Assembly: GCA_016191105.1 (NCBI GenBank)
Contig: JACPPH010000005.1
Span: forward strand, 721 to 64,720
Direction: 5' to 3'
Origin: Candidatus Saccharimonadota bacterium
Lineage (GTDB): Bacteria; Patescibacteriota; Saccharimonadia; CAILAD01; BJGX01
Length of the DNA stretch: 64,000 nucleotides
In this document: piece by piece, positions 54,936 to 64,000 of the stretch
Layout of the letters: each line of letters opens with the position of its first letter
How positions within the stretch are numbered: the stretch's first letter is position 1
Translations under genes and position numbers: made by a program
Notes under the pieces: generated by a model
The model's database searches: none
Seen by the model: the letters and a program-made list of their open reading frames with translations, nothing else
Told to the model about the DNA's origin: nothing

Positions 54936-57900
54936 ATGGCGGATAGCAACAAAGAGGCCAATGGAGTTATGCAAAAGGCTCGGCAAGCACCGGGCTTTGT
55001 GGATTTTGTGCACTTGCACAACCACACCCACTACAGTTTGCTCGACGGCCTACAGAAGATACCAGGTTTAATAGACAGGGTAGAGGCCATGGGGCAGCAA
55101 GCGGTAGCCATCACCGACCACGGCACGCTGTCGGGCGCAATTGAGTTTTACAAGTCCTGCACGGAGCGCGGCATAAAACCAATCATTGGTATCGAAACCT
55201 ATGTTGCTCCGCGCAGCTATAAGGACAAAAATAGTGCCGAAGATCGCAACCCTTTTCACCTAATTTTGTTAGCCAAAAATAACATCGGCTACCAAAACCT
55301 AATGAAGTTAAGTACCATTGCCAACTTAGATGGGTTTTACTATAAGCCACGCATCGACCACGAGCTCCTAGAAAAATATCATGAGGGGCTAATTTGTCTT
55401 TCTGGCTGCATTGGTGGTGAGGTCGGCACTTATATATTGAATGATGAATATGATCGAGCTGTAGAAACAGCCAAGCTGTACAAGCAGATTATGGGGTCAG
55501 ATAATTATTACCTCGAAATGCAACCGCACACAGAGTGGGAGCCACAACAAAAGGTCAACACGGCATTGCGCCAGATTTCCAAGGAGCTCAATATACCACT
55601 AGTGGTAACCGGCGACGCCCACTATACGCTTGCCGACGATCACTATCCGCATGACATTTTACTGTGTGTGCAAACTGGCAGCACCGTCGAGGATCCCAAT
55701 CGCATGAAGCTCGAGCAAGATCTAAGTGTTAATGACGGCGAATCTTTTATGGCCAAGTTTAAAGATACCCCCGAGGCTATTTATAACACTGTCAAGATTG
55801 CCAAAATGTGTAATATAAGCATAGAAATGGGCAAGATCTTGATACCAAAATTCGATGTACCTGAGGGCGAGACCGAAAAAAGTTACTTACGCAAACTGGT
55901 ATTTAGAGGCGCCGCCAATCGCTATACCGATACTCCCAAGGAAGATTTACCCGGCTTAAGTGAGGGGCAGGTAAAGGCCAAGCTGCCGGCTGAAGTTTTA
56001 GAAAGAATCGATTTTGAATTAGGTGTAATTGGCGACATGGGCTACGAAGGCTACATGCTAATCGTGGCAGATCTTATAAACTGGAGTAAAAATCAGGGTA
56101 TTGTGTGCGGACCTGGACGCGGATCAGCCGCCGGTAGCATAATTGCCTATGTTACTAACATTACTGAGTTAGACCCACTTAAATACGATCTATTGTTTGA
56201 GCGGTTCTTAAACCCCGACCGCATTAGTATGCCCGATATCGATATGGACTACGCCGATGACCGGCGTGAGGAGGTGATTCAATATGCCACCGAAAAATAC
56301 GGTCAAGAGAGGGTGGCTCAGATTATTACCTTTGGAATCATGGCAGCTCGTAACGCTGTGCGCGATACTGGCCGGGTTTTAGGCATGCCCTATGGCGAAG
56401 TCGATGCTATTGCCAAGTTAATACCGGCACCCATACAAGGCCGACATATTCCGCTGGCCAAATCAATTGTCGACAATGCCGAGCTTAAGAAAGAATACGA
56501 CTCGAATCCCAGAGCCAAGGAGTTGATAGATGTGGCGGTTCGGCTCGAGGGCACAATCCGCAATGCTGGCACCCATGCCGCCGGCGTAGTGATCGCCCCC
56601 GAGAACCTGGTGGAATACGTGCCACTAACTAGAGCCAGTAAGGGCGGTGTGGCCACCCAATACACCATGTTTCCGATCGAAGACCTGGGCTTGTTAAAGT
56701 TTGATTTCTTGGGCTTAAGCAACTTAACTATCATCAAAAATGCTCTGCGCATAATTCGCAAGGTTTACGACAAAGAAATCGATGTTACCGAGATCCCGGT
56801 CGATGACCCCAAAACCTTTGAATTATTAAGTAGTGGTGATACCACCGGCGTATTTCAACTTGAGTCGGCAGGCATGAAGCGCTACTTAAAAGAACTTAAA
56901 CCGACTGTGTTTGAAGACATTATTGCTATGGTGGCGCTGTATCGCCCTGGGCCCATGCAATGGATCGATGATTTTATTAACCGCAAACACAACCCAGAGC
57001 TGGTACAGTTCGATCACCCTAAAATGGAAAACGCCCTTTCTAACACCTATGGCGTGATTGTGTATCAAGAACAGGTTATGCAGCTAGCCAAGGATCTCTC
57101 GGGCTTTACCGGTGGTCAGGCCGACACTCTGCGTAAGGGTATTGGTAAAAAGATTCCAGAGGTTTTGGCCAAGATGAAAAAAGACTTTATTGAGGGTGCC
57201 ATTAAAACTAGCAATGTCGATAGGCAATTCGTGGAAAAGCTCTGGAGGAGCCTCGAAGACTTTGCGGCCTATTGTTTTAACAAGTGTCACTCGGCCTGCT
57301 ATGCGCTGATTGCTGTTCAAACCGCCTGGCTCAAAGCCCATTACCCGGTGGCCTTTATGGCGGCGCTGCTAACTAGTGATCACGAAAACTTAGATCGTAT
57401 AGCTATCGAGGTGGCCGAGTGCCGCAAGATGGGAATCGAGGTATTGCCGCCCGATGTCAATGAATCATTCTCAGAGTTTGCGGTGGTGCCAGAGAGTGAG
57501 AACATTCGTTTTGGACTGGGTGCGGTTAAGAACGTGGGACTGGGCCCGGTCGAAAAGATACTCGAGGCTAGAAGCAAAGATGGCAAGTTCAAAAGCCTAG
57601 AAGATTTTTGCCAGCGCGTTGATGCCACAGTTATTAACAAAAAAGTTATGGAGTCGCTCATTAAGTGCGGGGCCTTTGACTCTATGGGTGATCGCGACAC
57701 TATGCTGCATAATGTCGACAAGATTATCACTTACGCAGCTCGGGCTCAAAAAAACGCCTTAAGTGGCCAGATCGATATATTTGGCGCCCTAAATATGCAC
57801 GAAGAGGTGCCGCCGTTGCATTTGGACACACCTACCGAGAAGGCCGATTCGCGCCAGCACCTTATGTGGGAGAGAGAATTGCTAGGTCTTTACCTTAGTT

Positions 57901-58559
57901 CGCATCCGCTCGATGATTACAAAAACTATCTACTAACCAAAACAGCCAGCATGGCCGAGTTTACAAAGAATGACGACGGCAAGGTTGTAACGGTTGGCGG
58001 CATTATTACTAGTTTACGGAAAATATTTACCCGCAATAACGACCCCATGGCTTTTTTGCAGTTAGAAACATTGGCGGGTGATGTTGAGGTGATTGTGTTT
58101 CCAAGAACTTTCGAAAAAGCCCAGGCCCTGCTAGTACCCGACAATGTAGTTGAGATTACTGGCAAGATCAATGCTCGAGGTCGTGACGGCAAGAGCACCG
58201 AGGAGCTCAAGGTTATGGCCGACAAGTTTAAGTTGATAGATCACGAGATTGCCAAAAAAATCCCAGCTCCGGCCGAAAAGCCAGAGGAGATCGAGAAGGC
58301 CAAAACCTCGCCCCAGTATGGTAGTGTCGAGATCCGGCTGCGCTCCAGCTCCGACACTGAGCAGCTACTTAAGATTAAGGGCATTATTGATAAATTCCCC
58401 GGTACCACACCGGTTGTGTTGTACTTCGAAAATAGCCAGCAAAAGCTCAAACTCAATCAAGGTATAGATGCCCTGGGAGACTTTTTTACCGAACTTTATA
58501 AGGTTGTAGAATCTGAGAACGTAGTGCCGATCGAAAAGCAGGCGGCTGTAGCTTCGTAA
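54936..58559 (+). CDS. dnaE: DNA polymerase III alpha subunit
   Basis: HLHNHTHYSLLDG, GPGRGS, PDIDMD, GTHAAG. Confidence 0.98.
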   Translation: MADSNKEANGVMQKARQAPGFVDFVHLHNHTHYSLLDGLQKIPGLIDRVEAMGQQAVAITDHGTLSGAIEFYKSCTERGIKPIIGIETYVAPRSYKDKNSAEDRNPFHLILLAKNNIGYQNLMKLSTIANLDGFYYKPRIDHELLEKYHEGLICLSGCIGGEVGTYILNDEYDRAVETAKLYKQIMGSDNYYLEMQPHTEWEPQQKVNTALRQISKELNIPLVVTGDAHYTLADDHYPHDILLCVQTGSTVEDPNRMKLEQDLSVNDGESFMAKFKDTPEAIYNTVKIAKMCNISIEMGKILIPKFDVPEGETEKSYLRKLVFRGAANRYTDTPKEDLPGLSEGQVKAKLPAEVLERIDFELGVIGDMGYEGYMLIVADLINWSKNQGIVCGPGRGSAAGSIIAYVTNITELDPLKYDLLFERFLNPDRISMPDIDMDYADDRREEVIQYATEKYGQERVAQIITFGIMAARNAVRDTGRVLGMPYGEVDAIAKLIPAPIQGRHIPLAKSIVDNAELKKEYDSNPRAKELIDVAVRLEGTIRNAGTHAAGVVIAPENLVEYVPLTRASKGGVATQYTMFPIEDLGLLKFDFLGLSNLTIIKNALRIIRKVYDKEIDVTEIPVDDPKTFELLSSGDTTGVFQLESAGMKRYLKELKPTVFEDIIAMVALYRPGPMQWIDDFINRKHNPELVQFDHPKMENALSNTYGVIVYQEQVMQLAKDLSGFTGGQADTLRKGIGKKIPEVLAKMKKDFIEGAIKTSNVDRQFVEKLWRSLEDFAAYCFNKCHSACYALIAVQTAWLKAHYPVAFMAALLTSDHENLDRIAIEVAECRKMGIEVLPPDVNESFSEFAVVPESENIRFGLGAVKNVGLGPVEKILEARSKDGKFKSLEDFCQRVDATVINKKVMESLIKCGAFDSMGDRDTMLHNVDKIITYAARAQKNALSGQIDIFGALNMHEEVPPLHLDTPTEKADSRQHLMWERELLGLYLSSHPLDDYKNYLLTKTASMAEFTKNDDGKVVTVGGIITSLRKIFTRNNDPMAFLQLETLAGDVEVIVFPRTFEKAQALLVPDNVVEITGKINARGRDGKSTEELKVMADKFKLIDHEIAKKIPAPAEKPEEIEKAKTSPQYGSVEIRLRSSSDTEQLLKIKGIIDKFPGTTPVVLYFENSQQKLKLNQGIDALGDFFTELYKVVESENVVPIEKQAAVAS

Positions 58560-58611
58560 CTGAAAGACCCCCGAAGGGGCCCTTCAGGGGTTTGAGGTGA
58601 GTGGTCAGCTG

Positions 58612-58803
58612 CTAACAGATCCAGCGTCTCACGATGAGCAGGACCAGGCGAGCGATCAGGAAGGGCAGCCAGAAGCCGCCAACCAGTAGGCGTTCGCCAA
58701 TTTCTGGTTCGTACTTCCAAGCTCCTTGGACGAGCCAGAGCCATGCGAATCCGAACACAGCACCAATCAGGTACAGAACCAGGATCCATTCCCACCAGAT
58801 CAT
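58612..58803 (-). CDS. GC-rich small membrane protein (orphan 4b)
   Basis: 63 aa, 2 TM; ATGA overlap with upstream ORF; hairpin 58565-58593 downstream. Confidence 0.6.
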   Translation of the reverse strand: MIWWEWILVLYLIGAVFGFAWLWLVQGAWKYEPEIGERLLVGGFWLPFLIARLVLLIVRRWIC

Positions 58804-59234
58804 GTGGTTGCTTTTCTTCTGTGCCCAGTCAGTAGCTCCCGGCCGACCGGTGTGATGGTGTAGAACTCGCGCTCCACCACGTCTTCTGGGTGCGTTGCTG
58901 GTCTGGCGTTCTTCATCTCGCTCTCGATGTAGCCAGAACTCTCGAGCTGCCACAGGATCTTGCCGAGCACCTCGTTGGCAGGTGTCCCCCAAAACGCTCT
59001 CCGGATCATGCTGGCTGTTCTTGGCCTGCCGTCTGTCAGGACACCCAACACGCCTTGCCGATACCTGTCGACCATGCCACGAGCGTATTGATCGCCAAAC
59101 CACTGCCAGGCGATTGTCGTTGGTACTGACAACAAGAGGATCTTGATCCCCAGCAGCTCATCACTGCCGTAGACGAGCGTCAGCAGGACGCCGCTCCTTG
59201 ATAGATAGTGGGTGGGTGCGACTTTCGCGATCAT
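58800..59234 (-). CDS. GC-rich winged-helix (PadR-like) protein (orphan 4a); start uncertain, possibly CTG at 59186
   Basis: LWQLESSGYI...FYTITPVGRELL; AAGGAG 7 nt before the in-frame CTG; called ATG overlaps the TATAAT box. Confidence 0.6.
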   Translation of the reverse strand: MIAKVAPTHYLSRSGVLLTLVYGSDELLGIKILLLSVPTTIAWQWFGDQYARGMVDRYRQGVLGVLTDGRPRTASMIRRAFWGTPANEVLGKILWQLESSGYIESEMKNARPATHPEDVVEREFYTITPVGRELLTGHRRKATT

Positions 59235-59283
59235 TATACAGGTGCTTGAAATTAATTACCAGATGTGCTAAAATTTTGTGGTT

Positions 59284-59982
59284 ATGAACAAACTAGCTAG
59301 CATAGAAAAAGCCCAATTAAAGACCAAATTGCCCAGTGTGCGTGTAGGCGACACCGTGCGTGTACACCAGCTAATTCGCGAAGGCAACAAGCAACGGGTG
59401 CAGGTATTCGAAGGTTTGGCAATTCGTTACCGAAAAGTCAACAGCCTGCAAGCTTTTATTACTGTTCGCAAAATTGCTAGCGGCATAGGTGTTGAAAAAA
59501 GTTGGTTTGTGCACAGTCCTAATGTTCAAAAAATCGAAGTTGTTAAGCGCAGCAAGGTGCGCCGAGCAGTCTTAAGCTATATGCGCGAACGCCGTGGCAA
59601 ATCGGCCCGCATGAGTGAGCTCGAGTTTGATAAAGCCGGCACCAACGAGGCCGATACTCGCACGGCTGCTCAAATTGCCGCCGAAGAACAAGCCAATTCG
59701 CTGGCCAGCGAAGCCGAAACCGAAGCCAAGCTCGATGGTGATGCTAAAGGAAAAGATGATGCTTTAAATCAAGCCGACACCGAAAGCTTAGACCAGGAGG
59801 TTAAGCAAGAAGATAAGGCTGCCAGTAAAGACGATCCTTCGGGAGCCGACGATGCCGTGCGAAAAGGTGCCACTCAAGAAGAGAAAGTTCAAGCCGATGG
59901 TGATGACGAGGCTCAAACCCCAGCCGAAGAAGTCCAAGAGGGCCTAGATAAAGCCCAAACTCAAGAAGACAAAGGCAAATAA
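59284..59982 (+). CDS. rplS: 50S ribosomal protein L19 with long acidic tail
   Basis: VGDTVRVH, QVFEG, TVRKIASGIGVE, KVRRA.LSY. Confidence 0.96.
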   Translation: MNKLASIEKAQLKTKLPSVRVGDTVRVHQLIREGNKQRVQVFEGLAIRYRKVNSLQAFITVRKIASGIGVEKSWFVHSPNVQKIEVVKRSKVRRAVLSYMRERRGKSARMSELEFDKAGTNEADTRTAAQIAAEEQANSLASEAETEAKLDGDAKGKDDALNQADTESLDQEVKQEDKAASKDDPSGADDAVRKGATQEEKVQADGDDEAQTPAEEVQEGLDKAQTQEDKGK

Positions 59983-60000
59983 TAGATACAGCAATTTGTA

Positions 60001-60024
60001 AAAAGGCTCTACGGAGCCTTTTTT
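60001..60024 (+). terminator. Intrinsic terminator after rplS
   Basis: aaaaggctc-tacg-gagcctttttt. Confidence 0.8.
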
Positions 60025-60039
60025 GATATACTTCAAATA

Positions 60040-60300
60040 ATGATTGTTGAAAAGAAAATATTACCAGAATATTTTGAGCTAGTTAAAAGTGGCAAGAAGA
60101 TGTATGACTTTCGGTTGGCAGACTTTGACATTAATCCTGGCGACACACTCATTCTTAAAGAATGGGATGAAACTAAGAAGACCTTTACGGGCCGTGAAGT
60201 AAAAAAGCAGGTTTCCTATGTTGGCAAGACAAAAGGGGACACTACTTGGACACAAAAGGAGATTGATAAATACGGATATCAGATAATCAGCTTTAAATAA
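60040..60300 (+). CDS. DUF3850/ASCH-like protein
   Basis: KILPEYF..SGKK.YDFR..GD.L.LKEW. Confidence 0.82.
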   Translation: MIVEKKILPEYFELVKSGKKMYDFRLADFDINPGDTLILKEWDETKKTFTGREVKKQVSYVGKTKGDTTWTQKEIDKYGYQIISFK

Positions 60301-60315
60301 GGTATAATTCAGTGC

Positions 60316-60927
60316 ATGAGGGTGAGTGCAGGATATTCTATGGAAAAAGCAATGCAGGCAAAAGGCAGCTTACTGGTTTGCGGTATCGACGAGGTCGGCC
60401 GTGGCTGTTTGGCTGGCCCATTGGTGGCCGCAGCTGTGGTGTTGCCGGCAGGTTGTGAGCTCGAACTATACGACTCTAAAATGCTCTCACCAATTGAGCG
60501 CTTGCAGCTCGCTAACTTGGTGTCTGAAGAGGCAATTGCTGCCGGTACTGGTTGGGTTAAGAATACCGAAATCGATGAGCACGGCATGGCTTGGGCATTG
60601 CGCGAGGCCTACGAGCGAGCCCTCGAAGATATGGAATGCGAGGTAAGCCAGATATTTTTGGATGGCAATTATAACTACCTGGCCGATTACGAAATTTGCG
60701 AGACTTGCATTAAGGGCGATCAAAAAATCGCCTGTGTGGCTGCAGCTAGTATATTGGCCAAAGTGCAGCGCGATAGATTTATGATTGAGCTGGCCGGCCA
60801 ATATCCAGAATATGGGTTTGAGACCAATGTGGGCTACGGCACCAAAAAACACAGGAATGCGGTTGAAGCCAAAGGCCTAACCGACCTACATCGTAAAAGT
60901 TTCTGCCGCTCTATTGTTCGGGCGTAG
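60316..60927 (+). CDS. rnhB: Ribonuclease HII
   Basis: GIDEVGRGCLAGP, DSK, DG, AAASILAKV, HRKSF. Confidence 0.96.
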   Translation: MRVSAGYSMEKAMQAKGSLLVCGIDEVGRGCLAGPLVAAAVVLPAGCELELYDSKMLSPIERLQLANLVSEEAIAAGTGWVKNTEIDEHGMAWALREAYERALEDMECEVSQIFLDGNYNYLADYEICETCIKGDQKIACVAAASILAKVQRDRFMIELAGQYPEYGFETNVGYGTKKHRNAVEAKGLTDLHRKSFCRSIVRA

Positions 60928-60967
60928 CGAGAACTACGGGCTAGTTCTCATTGCATTCGAACAATAA
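60912..60967 (+). repeat. Structured intergenic repeat, copy 4 (overlaps rnhB stop)
   Basis: tattgttcgg...gagaacta-cgggc-tagttctc...tcgaacaata. Confidence 0.8.
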
Positions 60968-61034
60968 ATATTGTAAAATAGCGCTGCATATCGGGGAACA
61001 CGCCTCGGTATTAGTTTCGCCGCTGGAGGCAGAA

Positions 61035-61394
61035 ATGAGAGATGAACGAAGATTCACCCGCTTTGAAGAGGCACAGCAGGTCGTGCGACTTGCCCCCGTC
61101 GTGCCAAGAGCTATGCCGCGCTCGAAGAGAGAGGCGGTCTGGCGGCTCTTCACCGATGTGCTCGAGTCGGACGAAGGAAGCGAGGTGGATCGCGCCAACT
61201 TCCGAGAGCAGGTTCGCATGCTCGAAGAGTACGAAGAGACTCTTGGGCAGAGCTTCTCCCCTGCCCCCGTACAAGCAGATCCGCGCGATGGGCTTCTCAC
61301 GACCGAGCAGTCGGTTCACGCCCGCCCAGGGAGGATCGAAGACGGCCCGCCCGTTGCCGGGCCATCAATCGGCCGCGCGCCATACTCGGGCTGA
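61035..61394 (+). CDS. GC-rich orphan protein (orphan 5)
   Basis: SD GGAGG; promoter TTGCAT-17-TAAAAT (60951-60979); hairpin and T-run 61411-61455. Confidence 0.65.
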   Translation: MRDERRFTRFEEAQQVVRLAPVVPRAMPRSKREAVWRLFTDVLESDEGSEVDRANFREQVRMLEEYEETLGQSFSPAPVQADPRDGLLTTEQSVHARPGRIEDGPPVAGPSIGRAPYSG

Positions 61395-61503
61395 TCTGTG
61401 CCCAACCCCCTGCGGCCAAGCGCCCCGACCATCAAGGTCGGGGCGGCTGCATTTTAAGCGGCTTATGCTCGCATAAAAACCCAGACATTATTAGTATTAG
61501 GGC

Positions 61504-61860
61504 ATGAAGAATACCACTAAAGTTGGTAATAAGGGAGAGACACTAGCCTGTGAATTCTTGACTAAGAATAAGTATCGAATTATCGAGCGCAATTATCGCG
61601 ATCGGTTTTGCGAGATCGACGTAATTGCCATCAAGAAGAAAGAAATCGCATTTGTTGAGGTAAAATATAGATCTCGCACAGATTTTGGCGGGGCGGTGGG
61701 CTCAATCACGCCAGACAAGTTTAATCGAATGCAAACTTCGGCTGAATATTGGTTAAGTACCCACCCTAGATTCAGTCACATGCAGCCGAGTTTAGACGTA
61801 GTAACTATTGAAGGCTCCGGCGAGCCCGCAATTGAGCACTTAAAAAGCGTGTTTTTGTAG
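61504..61860 (+). CDS. YraN family endonuclease-like protein
   Basis: GE..A, RNYR...EID, FVEVKYR. Confidence 0.92.
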   Translation: MKNTTKVGNKGETLACEFLTKNKYRIIERNYRDRFCEIDVIAIKKKEIAFVEVKYRSRTDFGGAVGSITPDKFNRMQTSAEYWLSTHPRFSHMQPSLDVVTIEGSGEPAIEHLKSVFL

Positions 61861-61988
61861 TCCTTCCGTAATCCTCGAGTCGAAGCGACGCATTCGACAC
61901 CGGGGATCCGGGGTGGATTCCCTGCCCGAATTCGATCGAGATCGATTCGATAGGGAATGACTATTTAGTGTTTTTGTAAAAAAGTCCG

Positions 61989-62015
61989 TTAGCACTCTTG
62001 ACAGGCGAGTGCTAA
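61989..62015. promoter_or_regulatory. CIRCE (HrcA operator) overlapping the -35 box of the nusA promoter
   Basis: TTAGCACTC-ttgacaggc-GAGTGCTAA perfect consensus; TTGACA at 61998, TAGAAT at 62022. Confidence 0.92.
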
Positions 62016-62093
62016 ATCCGCTAGAATCGTAAGTATACTCAGGTACGAAGTGATGGAAGTCGGAGCAAGTTGTTGCCGGCTTTTTTTAAACCC

Positions 62094-62218
62094 TCCTAAC
62101 GCACATCTACAGCGAAATACTTTGTTAAAAGCTCCGGTGCGCCCTCGGCGTAGGTAATCTACGTCTCGGTTTGCTCCTCGCTCTTGCCTCGTATTTCATC
62201 TGCAGCTGAACGTTAGGA
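62094..62218. mobile_element. MITE/REP-like element in the nusA leader
   Basis: Imperfect TIR tcctaacg..ctacag.gaaatac / gtatttc..ctgcag..cgttagga; internal hairpin cgtag-gtaat-ctacg. Confidence 0.55.
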
Positions 62219-62246
62219 CAACAAGCAAATGAAAGGATAGAAAAAC

Positions 62247-63503
62247 ATGAACAACCAATTTGTATTGGCAATCGAGCAGATTTGCGAAGAAAAGGGTATA
62301 AGTAAAGACATGGTAATCGAGGCCATCGAGGCTGCCTTGGCTGCTGCATACAAAAAGGACTTTGGTGATCGCGACCAAGAGGTGCGCGTAGTGCTCGACA
62401 GCGGTAGTGGTGCCATGCGAATTTTTGTAACCAAAGAGGTTGCAAAAGAGGTTGAGAACGACCATCTTCAGATTAGTCTAGACGAAGCCAAGAAAGTTGA
62501 TTCAGACGCCAAGCTCGAAGGCACGGTCGAGATTGAAGTCGATGACAAAGACTTTGGCCGCGTGGCCGCTCAAACTGCCAAGCAGGTAATAGTGCAGCGC
62601 ATTCGCGAGGCCGAGCGCGATGTAATCTTTAATGAGTTCGAAGACAAAGAGGGCACCATTATTAATACTGTGGTGCAACGAGCCGAGAATGGCAATGTCT
62701 ATGTCGACTTGGGTCGAGCCGTGGGTATAATGTTCCCGAACGATCAGATTGATAGCGAAAAGTATTATCCAGGCCAGCGCATAAAAGTTTATGTGGTGCG
62801 AGTCGAACAAACTCAAAAAGGTCCACAGATTGTAGTTAGCCGAACTCACCCCGACATGATCCGCAAACTGTTCGAGATGGAAGTGCCCGAAATCGCGGCC
62901 GGCACGGTTGAGATTGCCGGTATTGCCCGCGAGGCTGGTATGCGCACCAAGATAGCTGTAAAGAGTAATGCTGAGGGTGTGGATCCAGTTGGCACCTTTG
63001 TGGGTGGCCGTGGTACTCGCGTTCAGGCGGTGATGGCTGACTTGGGCGAAGAAAAAATCGACATTATTGCTTATAGTGAGGATCCTGCAGTATACATTAC
63101 CAACGCGCTTAGTCCCACCAAAGTTATAAGCGTAAAGACCGACGATGATAGCAAAAAAGCTTTGGTAAAGGTTCCGGAAGATCAGCTGAGCTTAGCGATC
63201 GGTAAGGCCGGACAAAATGTGCGCTTGGCTGCTAAACTAACCGGCTGGAATGTCGATATCGATGGTGCCGACGAGGCCGGCGTAGAGGCTACAGCCGAAG
63301 CCACCGAAGATCAAGACCAGCCCAAGCCTAAGCGCACTGGTGATCTCGAAGAATCGCTAATTGCTAGTCTAGCCGGTGATGAAAAAGACAAGGCCGCAGA
63401 AGAGCCAAAAGAAACTACTGAAGACAAAACAAGTGCAAAATCCGACAAAGCCGAAGAAAAAGCAGAAAAAACCGACAAGCCCAAAACCACCGAAGAAAAG
63501 TAG
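62247..63503 (+). CDS. nusA: Transcription elongation factor NusA
   Basis: FGRVAAQTAKQVI, AREAG.RTK, AIGKAGQNVRLA. Confidence 0.98.
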   Translation: MNNQFVLAIEQICEEKGISKDMVIEAIEAALAAAYKKDFGDRDQEVRVVLDSGSGAMRIFVTKEVAKEVENDHLQISLDEAKKVDSDAKLEGTVEIEVDDKDFGRVAAQTAKQVIVQRIREAERDVIFNEFEDKEGTIINTVVQRAENGNVYVDLGRAVGIMFPNDQIDSEKYYPGQRIKVYVVRVEQTQKGPQIVVSRTHPDMIRKLFEMEVPEIAAGTVEIAGIAREAGMRTKIAVKSNAEGVDPVGTFVGGRGTRVQAVMADLGEEKIDIIAYSEDPAVYITNALSPTKVISVKTDDDSKKALVKVPEDQLSLAIGKAGQNVRLAAKLTGWNVDIDGADEAGVEATAEATEDQDQPKPKRTGDLEESLIASLAGDEKDKAAEEPKETTEDKTSAKSDKAEEKAEKTDKPKTTEEK

Positions 63504-63607
63504 TTTTTGAAACTCCAGTAATCTCGCACCCTAGCCCGCAAACAAAATATTCGAATTTAGCTTAAAAAACAGATTGTAAGTGGTAAGATATAGAAAGGAT
63601 AAGAAGT

Positions 63608-64000
63608 ATGCAAGATAATTTCCCTAGCCAGTTTGATCGGTTTACTCAAAACGCTAAAAAAAGCTTAGAAAACGCCGGCGCGCTAGCCCTTAGTATGGGC
63701 TCGCACTATGTTGGTACCGAACACTTGCTGTTGGGCATTTTGCGCACCAACACATCTTTGGGAGCGCGCATGCTCTCAGACATGGGTGTAAGCTTAGACA
63801 AAATCAAGCTCGATACGTTCAGTAGCGTGTCTAGTACCACGCCACAGTTAATTGATTTAAGCGAAACCGCCAAAAAGACCCTGGCTCTGGCTCTGCGAGT
63901 GGCTCAGCAGTTTAATCACCCCTATGCTGGCACTGAGCACCTCCTGTACGCGCTGGTTAGCCAAAAAAACTCCCGGGCCAACACAATTTTGCGCGAGATC
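63608..64000 (+). CDS. clpC: Clp ATPase (ClpC-like), N-terminal domain, runs off window
   Basis: FDRFTQNAK...YVGTEHLLLGIL and a second Clp_N repeat YAGTEHLL. Confidence 0.85.
   Translation, partial: MQDNFPSQFDRFTQNAKKSLENAGALALSMGSHYVGTEHLLLGILRTNTSLGARMLSDMGVSLDKIKLDTFSSVSSTTPQLIDLSETAKKTLALALRVAQQFNHPYAGTEHLLYALVSQKNSRANTILREI

Noticed and set aside
61860-61961. Hairpin-rich tract ending gggaatgac (similar isolated hairpins at 35246-35280 and 35668-35688)
   Set aside because: Probably REP-like, but single copies in this window, so a family cannot be supported.

Overview
Chromosomal segment of a small-genome bacterium, very likely Patescibacteria/CPR (Saccharimonadia-like). This is inferred from gene content and the many leaderless-type genes, not from a database search. 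The backbone is housekeeping: gap-rpiB-rpe-split transketolase-2x pfkB, trxB, uvrB/A/C, secG, folD, lemA/htpX, ligA, gatCAB, dnaE, rplS, rnhB, nusA, partial clpC, and 8 tRNAs. The main signal is three islands inserted at tRNA 3' ends: Leu-CAG 23323-26681, Val-TAC 31046-35167 and Val-CAC 36021-~40576. In all three, the 101-135 bp next to the tRNA CCA end is an inverted duplicate of a sequence 1.6-2.1 kb inside the island. Two islands encode homologous large serine recombinases whose C-terminus reads into the tRNA. Their displaced '...ARTYF...' C-terminus lies at the far end (island 1) or behind the inverted copy (island 3), and their 5' leaders share a covarying pseudoknot-like RNA. Island 2 has no recombinase and carries GC-rich foreign DNA. 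Other observations: five GC-rich orphan transcription units with strong Shine-Dalgarno sites, a 4-copy covarying hairpin repeat, a RAYT with REP palindromes, two MITE-like insertions (one replaced the rpe start codon), a CIRCE upstream of nusA-clpC, a tRNA-Gly with a U19-A56 elbow pair, an mTERF-like repeat protein, and a back-to-back junction of two headless genes.
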